64,000 bases of DNA from Felis catus (lineage: Eukaryota): contig NC_058368.1 in the NCBI RefSeq assembly GCF_018350175.1, forward strand, positions 154,630,001 to 154,694,000, given 5' to 3'. A program made the position numbers and the translations under genes. Positions 37,882-51,164 of the stretch are shown piece after piece. Position 1 is the first letter of the stretch, and each line of letters opens with the position of its first letter. The notes under the pieces are model-generated. The model worked only from the letters and a program-made list of their open reading frames with translations. It had not been told where the DNA came from and did not search any database.

Positions 37882-39547
37882 AATTATCAAATTGGGCCTA
37901 AGTAGCATTAAACGTTCAAGCTCTACTAACTCTACCATAAATTTCTAGGTGTTATTCTTGACAATTTGCTTCCTAACTTTGTATGTATTGTTTAGATATT
38001 CTTATGTACATAACAAAATTACTTACCTAAAGGTCCAGGCAGTTATGTAACTGCTCTTTCACTTAATGCCAATTATTTGAAATTATTTTATTTTTTTCTC
38101 ACATGACTGAAATTATTATTGTAACCATCGATATATTTTTAAAGATTTGGTCATGGTGCTTTTTTAATAAGTTAAAATCTGTGTTGCTTTGGTAATAGTA
38201 CACTCCTACAAAGAGACCAACAGACCTTTTGTGTCTGCTGATTTATACATTTCTCTGATTTTTCTTGCCTTTTCTAAATTGCCATTTTCCTTTCCTTCTT
38301 TATTCTCCCTAGCTTGTCTTTATCTTTTTTTTTTATTAAATTAGAAGCTCCTTCTCACCTTTTCATCATCCCTCTTCCAATTCCAAATTTTTCTCTTGTT
38401 CTGATCAGACTGTAAAGTCAACAGGTATATATTTACATCTAACCTTGTTTTCTTTAAATAGTTAAGAACCAAAACATATGTAATGGTTAAAAGATTAATT
38501 ATGTCCATATCCAGGCTAACTTTATCTTTGTTGATTCTTTACTAAGTTCTGTAAATAAAAGTTTTTCAGTACAATTAAATTCTCTCAAGTTCAAAATTTT
38601 TTTTCTAATTCAAAAAATTTTAAGTACAAACTCTAAACATCTTTAAAGAGATAGAATGCCAATTCTAGCAAAATCCTCTTGCATGCCAATCCCACTACCC
38701 ACTGAGCAGCTTATTAGACACTGAGACACAAAGGGGGTTCACTAGAAATGAGGGAGGTTGGTTTCAACCAGAGATCATGATCAGAGTTCTCCCAACAGAG
38801 CTGACTGCTTAATCACTGACTTTGGAGTTGAATGGAATCAGAAGAAAGCACTGAACACAAGTCTAGAGCAGGACTTACTGGCTACAGTTGGTATAAATGA
38901 AGATGATATGAAGTTTAACATGATTAAAGGCAACAGAAAGATGTGAGTAGGAACATAAACGTGCATGCATCTACAATTTTTCCCATCCTGCTCTCCTAAG
39001 TACCACTGATACTTTAAGACCCGAACTGGTTAAGAATAAGATAACAGAAAACAGAAAACACTTGGTACACAGTTATGTATGGTCCTTAATCTGTATAAAT
39101 AAATACAACTTTTCATTTTCCTTTTCATCTAAAACAATATTTCTTCAGTTATCATATATATAAAAACAATTTTTGGAAAGAAGTATATGTCAGGGCTTAT
39201 TCTGCTAAATAATATAAAAATCTATTTGGGACAACAGGACATATCAATTATTAAGTTATATTGCAACATGTTGCAATGTATATATCTTTAGTATGTTAAA
39301 ATGAATACACAAAACAAATAGTGATACATTACCAGAGATGGAGCAATAAGAAACCAGGCAGTTTTGGAGACATATATCTAGTGTTGAAATTCAAAGTCAT
39401 AAGGCTACACATAGCTTCCACAGTCAAGAGACTATAGAAGGAACAACAGAGAGTTGATAACAGAATGTTGAGGATTATTTACTCCTGAGGGCAAAAACAT
39501 AAAGAAAAAAGACTTTGTTGAGTAATAGTGGAAAAACCAAAGCAAGC

Positions 39548-39661
39548 ATATACATAATATATATTATGTATATATTTATATATATATTCGTGTATTTTAT
39601 ATATATACATATATTATGTAATATATGTATGAATGAATGTGTGTGTGTGTGTGTGTGTGTT
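39548..39661 (+). repeat. TA-rich low-complexity tract plus (GT)n
   Basis: Seen directly. Confidence 0.9.
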
Positions 39662-40881
39662 TATGGCCAATAGTCTCAGATTCCCCTGACAAGTCCAGGA
39701 GAATGAAGATTGGAAAAATAAAAATGGATTAGGGATTGGTGACTTTGAAGGATTCAATTTCAATTCAATGGTTGAAGTGAGATAATGAGGAAGTAGAGAA
39801 ATGAAGGAAAGGAGAAATAAGATGGAGCAAGGTTCGAAAGTAAAGCAAAATCATCCTGAGAATAGAAAATCCTGGAGAACTGGGGAGGCAATGGTGAATG
39901 TGCCAATGGACAGGGAAGACTTCAACGTTTTAAAAGGAAGAAAGTAATTGATGGAAGAGAGAGGACAAAATCATGGACTTGACAGTCAGTTTAAATGTTA
40001 ATGGAGAGTTCTCAAGTGCATAGGAACAGCTGCTGACAGGAACTCAGGATACGTCAGTTTTAACTATCACCCCAGGCAGATGAGTCCCAAACACTGTCTC
40101 TCGATTTAACCTTTCCCCTGAACTCCAGTTGGGTGGGTGGGCTTGTCACTCAGGAATACAAGTGCAGTGACCATGCTACCATCCAACTTATCGTGCTATC
40201 ATTAGCCTACAGACACATATCTATTTCTGCCTGTCAATTTGTCTCTGTTAGCTTCACCACACCCTTGCTTCTCTTTTTCCACTTGCTTTCTAAAAATACA
40301 CTACTTGAGACATTGACAGTAGCACTACATGTGATTTGACACCTAGAACGTAGAAAAGGAAAAAAATGTTGAATGGATGAATAGATCTATCAATGGGTGG
40401 ATGAATGAGTGTGTGACTGAATTTACTGATCACTTATTATCTGCCAAATATTATTCTAGTCCTTTTATATACGGAAGTATCCAGAGGCAAGTTTTCTGCC
40501 TCTACTTCATATTAGAGATACAAAACAAATGTATTTTATGCCCATTTGTGATAAGCGCTAAGAAAATAAGGAAAGCCACATGAAAGAAACGAGAAAGTGC
40601 ACGGCAAGAGCTGTTATTGACTGGTTGATCAGGAAGGCCTCTATGTAGATCTGTCATTTAGCCAGAAAGGTAAGTAAAACGGGAAAACAAAGCAGGCAGA
40701 TATTGGGAGAAAAATGTTTCTAGATACAGGGAAGAACAAACTCAAAGGCACTATGGTTAGAATATTCTTAACTTGCTTGAAAGTGGTGAAAAGGCCTCAG
40801 TAATTTGAGCAAAAAGGATGAGGAAGAAGGTGACGTGAGAGAGAGAGAGAGAGAACCCAGGTCATTGGGCACTTTTTGATG

Positions 40882-40991
40882 TGGCGTTGCTAGATTTAGC
40901 AAATAAAGATACAGAATGCTAAGTTTGAGTTTTAGATAAACAACAAATGGTTCAAATATATGTATGTCCTAAATATTGTATAGGACATATG

Positions 40992-41041
<50 letters not shown>

Positions 41042-41101
41042 TTGCTGTTCATTTCTAATTCATGTTGAACTGGGTGTCCTGTATTTTCTCTGGAAACCCT
41101 A
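40882..41101. mobile_element. MER53 palindromic hAT-type MITE with internal (TA)n expansion
   Basis: GTTGCTAGATTTAGCAAATAAAGATACAG...ATGTCCTAAATATTGTATAGGACAT...AACTGGGTGTCCTGTATTTTCTCTGGAAACCCTA; inverted arms. Confidence 0.85.
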
Positions 41102-41461
41102 CAGTGATGACACCTTTGGATTTTACTCTGAGCGAGAAGGAAAGGTGCTGAAGCATTTTGAACAAATGAGTGGAAGTGGAATACTTGTTGTATGGAAAAG
41201 AAATCATAAAATGGTAAGGATAAATACATGGAGACTGGTTGGGGCATTGTAGTCAAGGCCAGAGAGGATGAGGTCTTGCTAGTGCAGTAATGGGGAGGGT
41301 GATCAGCAGTAGTGGAGGTGACAGATTAGGTTTGTGATGGAAGAGAAAGGAGTCAAAAATGATTCCAAGGTTTCTCGCTTAAGGAGCTGGTAAAACAGAG
41401 CTGATGTGTCCCCAAATGGGAAAGAAAGAAGAAAGTTCAAGGCAGAAGATCAAAATTCGGG

Positions 41462-42005
41462 TTATTTTTAACATTTTTGAAGCATACATGTCATTCCATA
41501 AATTTCACCCATTGAGGGTATAGAATTTAGTAAGTTTTGGTGAATTTAGAGTTATGCAGCCATCAATCTGACCTCATTTCAGAATATTTTTATCAACTTC
41601 AGAAAGATGCTCGGTATCCATTTGTAGTAACTCCTCATATACATCTCAAGCCCCTGGCAATCACTAACCTATTTTCCGTATTGGCAGATTTCCCTATTCT
41701 GACATTTCATAGAAACAGAATGATACATGTGTTGGTTTTGGTATCTGTCTTCTTTCTCTTAATGCTATGTTTTCAGATTCATTTATATTATAGCAAGAGT
41801 CAGTACTTCTTTCCTTTTTATTGCTGAATAATATTTCACTGAATGGATATGTTATCAGTTACTTTGTTTTTGTTTTTGTTTTTCCCCAGCTTGGGGCTAT
41901 TATAAATAATGTAGCATTGACTATTCACATCCAAGTCATGTTTTTATTTCTCATGGGTAGAGTATGTGGAGGAAAAATGCTGGTTTGGATGGTAAAATTA
42001 TGTGA
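41462..42005 (-). mobile_element. Old L1M 3' fragment
   Basis: CCCTGGCAATCACTAACCTATTTTCCGT...CCTATTCTGACATTTCATAGAAACAGAAT...TTTTATTGCTGAATAATATTTCA. Confidence 0.85.
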
Positions 42006-42282
42006 AGAGTTTGGTTTTGAGTTAGTATCCAAGGAGAGACGTTGTGTAGGTACCTGATGTCCTGGTCTAGAATTTAGGAAAGAGGTAGGTACAAAATTGG
42101 AATTTAACATTATCAACATTATTTCAACGTGATTGGATCGCATAAGGTCAGGTAAGTAGTCAACGTAGTTAGAAAAGAAAAAGGCCAAAGATTAACTCTT
42201 GGGGCATGCCAGTTTAAAGGTTACAAACGTGAGGAGGTTTTGTAAAAAGAGAATAAGATGAACCAAACATGGAAAAGTTCAA

Positions 42283-42560
42283 AGCAGACATTTGTTTGTG
42301 TCCTGTGCATCACATCCCTTTGGTCAGTCTCCAAGCTCAGCTGAAACTGTGGTAGACAGTTTCAGTTCATGCTAAGAACCTCCAAGATTTTCTGCTTAAC
42401 TTCTCAAGGTTTTTTCCAAGGTGAAAACCAGTCACTCAGTCCCTGTGGTCATGTATGGAATTAAGGACCCCACAGGCAATTCGCACTAATGAGAAGATGG
42501 GACTCAGGGTTATAAATGCCCCCATCTTCTATCCTTCGGCGAAGTAATTCTGAGTTTCAG
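42283..42560 (-). mobile_element. LTR16-like ERVL LTR fragment
   Basis: GCAGACATTTGTTTGTGTCC...ATAAATGCCCCCATCTTC...AATTCTGAG resembles recalled LTR16 consensus. Confidence 0.5.
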
Positions 42561-44553
42561 AATAACAAAAAAGCTGACTAGTGTTGAATCAACAGAAAAT
42601 CAAAGCAAAGAAAAGGGAGGAAATTGAGATGTATATAAGATCTATTTCCAAGAGTTTTGCTGCAAGGCAGAGTAGAGAAGTGTGGTGGTAAGTAGACAGA
42701 GATAAGCAGTCAGAGAGTTTATTCTTCCTCAAGGGAGGAATTTGTTTTAAAGATGGAGAGTATTACATTGTGTTTGTCTAGTGGAAACAATGAAGACGCA
42801 GAAGACAGAGGTAGAATTGCTGGGGTGATGTTTTTGAGTAGATGAGGAGGGATTGGATTAGGGACAAGTACAGGATTTTACCTTAGAAGCACAGACTTTT
42901 ATCTGTTTTAATAAGGGAAGGCAGAGCTTTTGGATATAGATATGAGTTTACTAGTGCATTTAATAGTGTGGACACATGTTTAGTCCATGACTTGACAAAT
43001 AAATTCACTCCTGAACATCTAGAAAACCGAGAGTCCGTCTTCTACTTGAACCCAGCAACAACATTGAATATTTATATTTTATTATAACCCATTCCATTTC
43101 AGACAGTCCTAAAGTAGCAAAATTTCTTCCCATGAGACTGAGCCAATGAGTATGTAGTGAAACTGTAAAGTCCTGGGTATGGGTAGGAGAAACATACCTG
43201 CTGCAAAATGAGAAGCAGCCAGAAGTATTCATGCAGTGAAAAAAAAAAAAAAGTTTTGGGAGCCACAAGCATTAGCAGAAAAATTTAGCTACCAAAAAAT
43301 ATATAATGTAACTTCTTTAGCGTAGGTATATCAGTAGTATTTTGTTTTATATCTGAAATTCTCATACTTAATTGTTTTGAGTTGAGTGCCTGGATAGAGG
43401 TCTTACTATATAGTCTTATTAGAAAAGAATCTAAAACAAAAGTCACACAGTAGATAAAGCATTGTAATAAAGATTGGAAAACTGGCTAGTTTCGGTTTAG
43501 TTTGGTTTTTCCTGCCAGCGTCAAGCTGTACATAACTCTTGTCAACTCTAAAGACAGTACTGATGTATATTAACATTTAATGAGTACCTGCTATGGTCAG
43601 ACCCTGGTGGAAGCCATGGATGAAAATGAGTCAAACAGTCTCTGTCCCCATAAAGTATACAAACAATTGCAGCAGAGTATTATCCAAAAATTGCAAGAAA
43701 AAGCATGTAACCACAAAATCGTATAAAATGACTTTTCTAGGAGAAGTCAGGTTATGACGGAATAGGAGTCCTATGAAAAGGGGTTTTAGAAATGAAGACA
43801 GAGTAAGGAAGAACATTTCTGACACAGGGCCAAAGTCACTTCACTTCTTCTGGACTTAGTTACCTGTCTGTAGAGTTGAGCTACATAAAGCTTTTAAACT
43901 CTATCCATGGAGTCTGTCATACGCCATAGCAACTGGAGAGAAGCTCGAGGAGGCAGAAGTCAAGATTAGCAATGAGGGCCCTTGGCTTCTAAGTTCCATG
44001 TCAAATACAGATATCTTCAGAAAAAGTAAAAGGAATCCTTTTAATGAAAAAAATATATATTTATGAAAAACCTCTGGGTCTTACGATTTACAAGGTTTTA
44101 GTGTTAACGTTCCATGGAAAAATTTGGTGAGTGCTTCTGTGTTCATTGTTACTATTTTGTTACTTTCTAGAAAAGAAAACATGCCCTGGGGACTGCAACA
44201 TAGCTGCTAATTTTGAGGGGGAAAAGGAAGTGTTTGTCCACGTAGGGGCAAAAAGGCAAAGAAAGGCACTGGATGAAGGAGAAAGAATCTGCTGAAATGC
44301 AAAGGCACAAAGGAACTGGAAATACATTACAAACTTTGCTTAAGACTAGATTTTACTTCTGAAGTGTCAATTTAAATATTAAAATAAAAAATGATAAAAT
44401 TATAATTATAAAATGTATATACATATATGCAAACATATTCATACGTTTGTGGGCATATTTTATTCAGGCACCGACAATTTATAAAATTCTAATAGGAGAG
44501 AAAGTGTAATATCTAAATCTGTGACCCATGCCCTCTAAAAGTAGTCCAGAGGT

Positions 44554-44763
44554 GGGGCGCCTGGGTGGTTGAGTTGGTTGAGCATCCAACTTCGGCTCAG
44601 GTCATGATCTCACAGTTGGTGAGTTCGAGCCCCACGTCGGGCTCTGTGCTGACAGCTTGGAGCCTGGAGCCTGCTTCGGATTCTGTGCCCCACCCCCGGC
44701 TCCACTCCTGTTTGTGCTCTGTCTCTTTCAAAAATGAATAAACATAAAGTTTTTTTAATTAAA
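44554..44763 (+). mobile_element. Can-SINE, younger member of a tandem pair
   Basis: GGGGCGCCTGGGTGG...; flanked by TAAAAGTAGTCCAGA. Confidence 0.95.
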
Positions 44764-44778
44764 TAAAAGTAGTCCAGA

Positions 44779-45000
44779 CGTGCCTGGATGGCTCAGTCAG
44801 TTAAGTGTCAGATTCTTGATTTCAGCTCAGGTCATGATCTCATGATTTGTGAGATAGAACCCCCAGTTGAACTCTGTGCTGTCAATGCAGAGCCTGCTTG
44901 GGATTCTCTCTCCTCCCCTCTCTGCCCATCTCCTGCTCATGTGTACACACTCTCTTTCTTTCTCTTTTTCTCAAAATAAATAAACATTAAAAAAATTAAA
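44779..45000 (+). mobile_element. Older-type Can-SINE, second of the tandem pair
   Basis: GATTCTTGATTTCAGCTCAGG...GCCTGCTTGGGATTCTCTC; flanked by TAAAAGTAGTCCAGA. Confidence 0.93.
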
Positions 45001-45272
45001 TAAAAGTAGTCCAGAAAAAAGATAAGGAAATTATTGCCTGATAGAGTTTATAAAACACACAAAGAAGAAACATGATGATGGGGTATTTCTAGAATTCTTT
45101 TTGTCTATTATTTAATCCAATTTTGAAATTCAAACCTGTTCAATGAACACCTCACATCCCCTCACACAAAGAATTTAGCTTCATTTGAAGCTGGTTTTGC
45201 AGGGGTCATAAATTCTCCTTTGGACAAGTTAGAATCTTGTCTATCTAAAGTAATTCTTGAAACTGCAGATAA

Positions 45273-45499
45273 GGGGCGCCTGGGTGGCTCAGTCGGTTGA
45301 GCATCTGACTTTGGCTCAGGTCGTGATCTCACAGTCCGTGAGTTCGAGCCCCACATCGGGCTCTGTGCTGACAGCTCAGAGCCTGGAGCCTGCTTCCGAT
45401 TCTGTGTCTTCCTCTCTCTCTGCCTCTCCCCTGCTCATGCTCTGTCTCTCTCCCTGTCTCAAAAATAAATAAAACATTAAAAAAAAAAAAAAGAAAAAA
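45273..45499 (+). mobile_element. Can-SINE (SINEC_Fc)
   Basis: Full body; perfect TSD GAAACTGCAGATAA. Confidence 0.97.
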
Positions 45500-46249
45500 G
45501 AAACTGCAGATAATAGTTCCAACAAAGCAAAGTTATGAAAACTTTGTAACTTCTTTGAAAATGTATAGGTAAACTCCTTTTTAGGTAAGCATGGAGATAC
45601 AATGTAAGTTTTTGCATTGTTTCAGTACATGCCTTAGTGCTCTATGGTCCCCTGGCTTGGCTGTTTTTTTTTTTGTTTTTTTTTTTTTTGTCATGCCAAA
45701 GACCGCATAATCTATTTTACATTGATCAGTCAAGAAAACATAGGTGAGAAATTGGACACTTGGGAACTCCAATTTTCCTAAAGGTTTTGCTTAAGAAATG
45801 TCTTACTATTTCACAGTATGTCAACATTTTTGTGTCATCCCATCATGTGGAGTTATATGTATTTCTTTTATATGGCTTGCCTCATAAGCTTATCAATTAC
45901 AATGTTAACTTATTTGAAGATTCTGGTCTTCAGACCATTACCTTGTGTCACGAAATCATAAATTAAAAATACCTCACGTTATTTTTTGTGTGAAGAAGTT
46001 GCATTGTATAAATTTATTTTGTGTATATTATTTTCACCATTTTTCATGACAATAGTAATAACATAACTATTGCTTACAAAAATATACCACTAGATTTTTA
46101 TAATAAAAACTATCTAACCTTGTTTATCCCATATATGTAAAATGAGTATGTATCTTTGGAAATGGAATCAAAAAGTAAAGTTGTTTTTTATGTATTTTTA
46201 AAAACCATTTACACAATATAGTCTACTCTGTCTAAATCCAACTGACACA

Positions 46250-46950
46250 ACTGTATTTTGCAGCTAGACTAACTTTGTGACTTTGAAAAGTGCTCTTCAC
46301 ATTGCTTTTTATATGACATCAATTTCACTGTGCACCGGAGGTGACTGAGAAACATTTTGTTGGTTAAAAATATTGCAGTAAGCGACTGTCCTCCCCGCAA
46401 TTTTCAAATAAGAATCAATCAAGTCCTGGGTGGTGATGTGCAAATTTTCAGTCAATTTTAACTGGTTTGGCTCTTCCGAAGGTTAAGGTTGTTTAATGGT
46501 TGAAAGCACATTGCAGTGAAGCTAGCTACAAAAGTCAAAGGGTAGAGGATTAGGATTTCATTTCCTTTTAGCTGTCGCCATGTCTGTTTTCTGTCCAGGC
46601 TGCCTCTTGCTGCCGTTTAACCCATGCTTTTAAAGACAAGAGGGGTTGGGAACTTGAGGGCCTCTGGCTTCATTTTAACAAGGCGTCACTAGCACTTTGG
46701 TACATAATTTGTCATAAATGTCAGAGGTCACTGAATGTTCGAAACCTACAGCCAGCAGATGGTCATTATGACAGCAGTTATGTTTCAAAGGCAAAGGATG
46801 TTTTGTGGTATTTACTTTAGTGTGTTAGTGTTACACCTCTGAGTGTATCTGAGAAGATTGAGGTTAAATCAAAACATCCTGTGGTTGACTACTTAGGCGG
46901 CAGTAACAAAAGATGGATCAGTTTTCAAAAGATATTCCATTTGGATATTC
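46250..46950. promoter_or_regulatory. Putative enhancer island
   Basis: Unique sequence with clustered TGTCATAAATGTCAGAGGTCA, TGACAG, CAGATG and TTCAAAG motifs. Confidence 0.4.
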
Positions 46951-47480
46951 TGGTAAAATTTACACAACATTATTTTTTTTTCTCCTCGTGTTCAAACACA
47001 TGGATTTCCCAGTTCTCACTTCTGAGAATTAGTAAAAACAAAATAAGGTGAAAAAGCAAATTATTAAAATGTGCTAATGTGAATTTCTACATCTAGCCAG
47101 ATCACTGAAATTGTAGAAAATAAGATCTATAGATGAATTTCTATACTACAGCTATTACCTAATAGCAGCATCAAATAAAACAAATAGAAAATATTAGATT
47201 CAACTATGCTTCTAAATTTGTTAGCTTAAATGTTAATAATTTGCTCACCATATTGTCTTGCTTTTTAACTTCTGCCATTGTATACTAAACAATTTTAATA
47301 ATTCCTAAGAGCCAAAATTAGACAGCAAGACTTTTTTTAGACACCATATTTCCATTAAACACTATATTTCCGTATTTCCATTCGACATGCCCAGCAGAAA
47401 CAACAAAATAAGTGTTTGTGTTAAACAAAGAGGTCCACCATTTCTCAATACCTTCTTGTTCTTAAAATCATGAATTTAGC

Positions 47481-47699
47481 GGGGCACCTGGGTGGCGCAG
47501 TCGGTTAAGCGTCCGACTTCAGCCAGGTCACCATCTCACGGTCCGTGAGTTCGAGCCCCGTGTCGGGCTCTGTGCTGACTGCTCAGAGCCTGGAGCCTGT
47601 TTCAGATTCTGTGTCTCCCTCTCTCTCTGCCCCTCCCCTGTTCATGCTCTGTCTCTCTGTGTCTCAAAAATAAACAAACGTTAAAAAAATTTTTTTTTT
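47481..47699 (+). mobile_element. Young SINEC_Fc
   Basis: Full body; perfect TSD AATCATGAATTTAGC. Confidence 0.97.
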
Positions 47700-48154
47700 A
47701 ATCATGAATTTAGCTATAATAAGTCTTGGAGATAAATTCATCAGATATGTATTTCTATTAAAATCCATGGCCATGAAGATAAAAGCATGCTTGATACTGG
47801 ATGAAAATTTAAAAAGAGATTCTAGTGTTTTTCTGGTGGAAGTGTATTATTGGATGCCCAAACATACAGGGGATATGAATGACAATCTCCTAACACATGA
47901 AATAAATGATACAGGCCAGGCGGAAGATGCTGACAGAGCTCTGGGGCCTACATCTATCCACATATCTATGGGAACATCAACTCCATTAACTTGAATTTCC
48001 TATTTAAAATGCTTCACTAATGTTGCTGATAATTTTATCTCACAGACGATACAAAGGGAACAAGAACTGTTATTCTGAACTTCACTTTGATCAAAAAGAA
48101 AGAATTGTGTAATGATCTGAAAGTGGCAATGACCTTGGGAGGAATTAAGACACT

Positions 48155-49313
48155 ATACAGTTAGAATTCAGTTTAGCTGCATGCAACAGAAAATCCAAAT
48201 TAACTGGCCTAGTGCATAAGATTTCATTCTCTGTTGAAAAAGTCCCGAGGTCAGCTCTCTAGGGTTAGGGTAGCAACATAACAAATTAGTGCAGACTCCA
48301 GTTCCCTCTCAGCCTTTCATTCAAAATGGAATAGGTTAAGAACATTGACACAGAATCCAACTTCACCACTTCCTAGTTGTTCAATCTTTGGCAAGTCAAT
48401 TCATCTCTCTGTGCCTCTGTATCTACATCTGTAAATAGATTTATAATTACTAACTATAAATTACTTTAATGGAAATTTCTAATTGAAACTGTGGGTAATA
48501 ATTTGTAATAAGTACTCAAACATAACAGTAGCTAACATTTAATGAGTGCTTCTCACGTCCAGGTACTGTTTTTAACTCTTTACCTGCTAAGTAAGATGCA
48601 GATGATAAAAGGCCATATCAAACATAACCCAGGCGGGGCGCCTGGGTGGCGCAGTCGATTAAGCGTCCGACTTCAGCCAGGTCACGATCTCGCGGTCTGG
48701 GAGTTCGAGCCCCGCGTCGGGCTCTGGGCTGATGGCTCAGAGCCTGGAGCCTGTTTCCGATTCTGTGTCTCCCTCTCTCTCTGCCCCTCCCCCGTTCATG
48801 CTCTGTCTGTCTCTGTCCCAAAAAATAAATAAACGTTGAAAAAAAAAATTAAAAAAAAAAAAAAACATAACCCAGGCAATGTAGAACCCTGTGCTTAAGC
48901 TCTATGAAGAAACTGAGATCTCCATCTCATATGACTGTTATGTGCATATGAGTTGCATATGAGTTAACATATGCAAATTGCAAAGAATAATTCCTGGGAG
49001 ATGGCAAATGCTACATATACTGCCAGCCACTATCATTGCTACTGCTTTTCTGATGTGGCCCTCTTAATCAGTCCAAGATGGCGGCTAGAATTCCAATAAT
49101 TTCATCCGTACCAAAAGAAAGTTATCTCACCTTCCTTTAAGGACACTTCCTGTGTACACATAATCTCTACTTACATCCAATTGGCCATAATTTAGGCCCA
49201 TGAACATGAGATGTGTGGTCTTTATTCTGTATCCCAGTAAAGCTTGTGGAATTCACTCAGAAAATAAAGAAAAACTAAATATTGGGAGGAACAACTAATA
49301 GTTAATTGCCATA
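48155..49313 (-). mobile_element. Ancient MLT1 LTR split by MIR relics and a SINE
   Basis: GTTAGAATTCAGTTTAGCTGCATGCAACAGAAAATCC at left; CCAAGATGGCGGCT...CTACTTACATCCAATTGGCCA at ~49070-49313; MIR-like core TCTCTCTGTGCCTCTGTATCTACATCTGTAAA between. Confidence 0.55.
48635..48862 (+). mobile_element. Young full-length SINEC_Fc
   Basis: CpG-rich body; perfect TSD AAACATAACCCAGGC. Confidence 0.97.
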
Positions 49314-50589
49314 TGTCAACTATGAGTTCATAAAAATGTAAAAATTGCCTATTGGAGATTCCTAAACATATGCCTTAGGTTTTTAAGAAAGCCATATATA
49401 AAATTAAGCAAAACTGTAGGCATCTGGTTTCTAGAACTCTCTCTCAGCTCCCCAAAGAAGACTCTTAAGGGCAGAACAGTTAAGCGAAACAAAAATGAAA
49501 GCTAAACCCATGAAGAAATAAAGAAGGACTATCCTAAGAAACCACAGAGTTTTGATGACCTAAGATTTAGAAGTAAAAAAATGTCATGGACCTTTGTGAC
49601 CATCACCAAGAAGAGAAAGTCAAAGATGAGATAAAGTTTTAGGGATAAGACTGGAACAGGAAAGTCCACTTTAGCTATGCTTGGTATACAAAAATGAACA
49701 AAAAGGGAACATCACTTGTTCTTAGAAGATGAAAGTGAAACACAAAACTACCCATCTCTTGGTCTTCATCTTCAGCCTTCAGGGTAAAGACTCTTTATAC
49801 TGAGAAGCGTGTAACAAATCATTAACACAATCACCTCAGTCTGCTGTGCCTTTCTTGCATTTTGCTTTGCACATACTGTTTCCACCATCTGGAATTTCTT
49901 TCTTCTCCTATTCACTCATGAAACTCTCCCTCAAACTTCAAAAGCTAGTTCAAACTATAATCGTAGAAAGCCCAGAGAGAGTAGGACAGTTTCAAGACAT
50001 ATCTGGCAGAGGATATCGAAGTTCCTTTCCTCAGAGGTGGGGGATATGGCCAGCTAAGGGTAGCCAGATGGATGAGACTCACAATCGTAGTTTGGGGTGT
50101 TAGAGCTCCTCCTAAGCAAGGTCAGGATCAGATAGATTCAGCCTATAAGTAAGTGCCAAAATGGTGACAAAATGGGAAACAGAGGTACATATCAAGTTCA
50201 CTGAGATGAACATGGTTTAAATAATAGTTTATATTAGGCAGAAATATTACCAAAAGAAAGCAATTTCACTTAATATGAGCTTTAATAATGAATTTAATAT
50301 GAGCTTTCGTGATTTCCACAGATGTCTTTGGATGTCTTAAAAAATGTCTCTGGGTATCTTAAGTTGTCTTTTCTAGTTGCCAGGTTCAACTTCCTCAGCT
50401 GTAAATGGATTTCCAAGGCAAGTTATGGCAACTAAGTAAGAAGATGCATATAAAGCACTCTGCTCTGTTGCTGGCCCAACATATGTATGCTCAATACTAT
50501 ACAGCTTTAAAACTTATGAATAGGTTGAATACCTTGCCTAAAATAAATGAGATGAATCAACAGTGTCCCAATTAAAAAAAGAATGACTT

Positions 50590-50950
50590 TACGTCCACTT
50601 GAATAACTTGCATGCCCAAAGCTGAAATCACTGATCTTCTCATTCTGCTCCCCATCTGGGTCCCTCTTCTGACCTCACTGTCTCTGCCAATGTCTTCACC
50701 TTTTCTGGGTTATTCACGGTCAACTATTTAAAGTCCCATTTGAATCTTTCTCCCTCACGCTTGCATCCATTCACTTGTCAAGGTATATGGACTTGAAATG
50801 CTCCGTGTCACTCACATCCATTCCCGTTAACAGAGTTCAGGTCCTCATTTCTTCTCTCCTGGACTGTTTAAAACCCTCCTAACTTCTCTTTCACCTTTTG
50901 TGCCTCCCCGCGGCTAATGCGTCCTCCAGAATCCTTCCTGGTTGAATTTC
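50590..50950 (+). mobile_element. L2 relic
   Basis: GCATGCCCAAAGCTGAAATCACTGATCTT...CAGGTCCTCATTTCTTCTCTCCTGGACTG. Confidence 0.7.
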
Positions 50951-51164
50951 AACTCATTCGCTTGAACCCATCATTTCAACCCTGTCAGTATCATTCAAAA
51001 TCCAAATTCTGTCCTCTACAACTTATTATCCTTCTATCCCCCACCCTCACTTTCTATATCATCACCCAGGCTGTACAATTAAAATAACACGCAAAAAAGA
51101 CCAGGCAAGGAGCTCTACCAACACAACTGAAAGCCATTTCCAAGGCCCATATCAATTCAAACCA

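Larger units (their letters stand above)
40370..42960 (-). mobile_element. Fragmented L2 hosting MER53, L1 and LTR insertions
   Basis: L2-like segments (GAGAAAAGGAGTCAAAAATGATTCCAAGGTTTCT; TATTTCCAAGAGTTTTGCTGCAAGG) recur between the insertions. Confidence 0.7.

Noticed and set aside
39260..39277. Perfect 18-bp palindrome ATTGCAACATGTTGCAAT
   Set aside because: One such palindrome is not unexpected in 64 kb of AT-rich DNA
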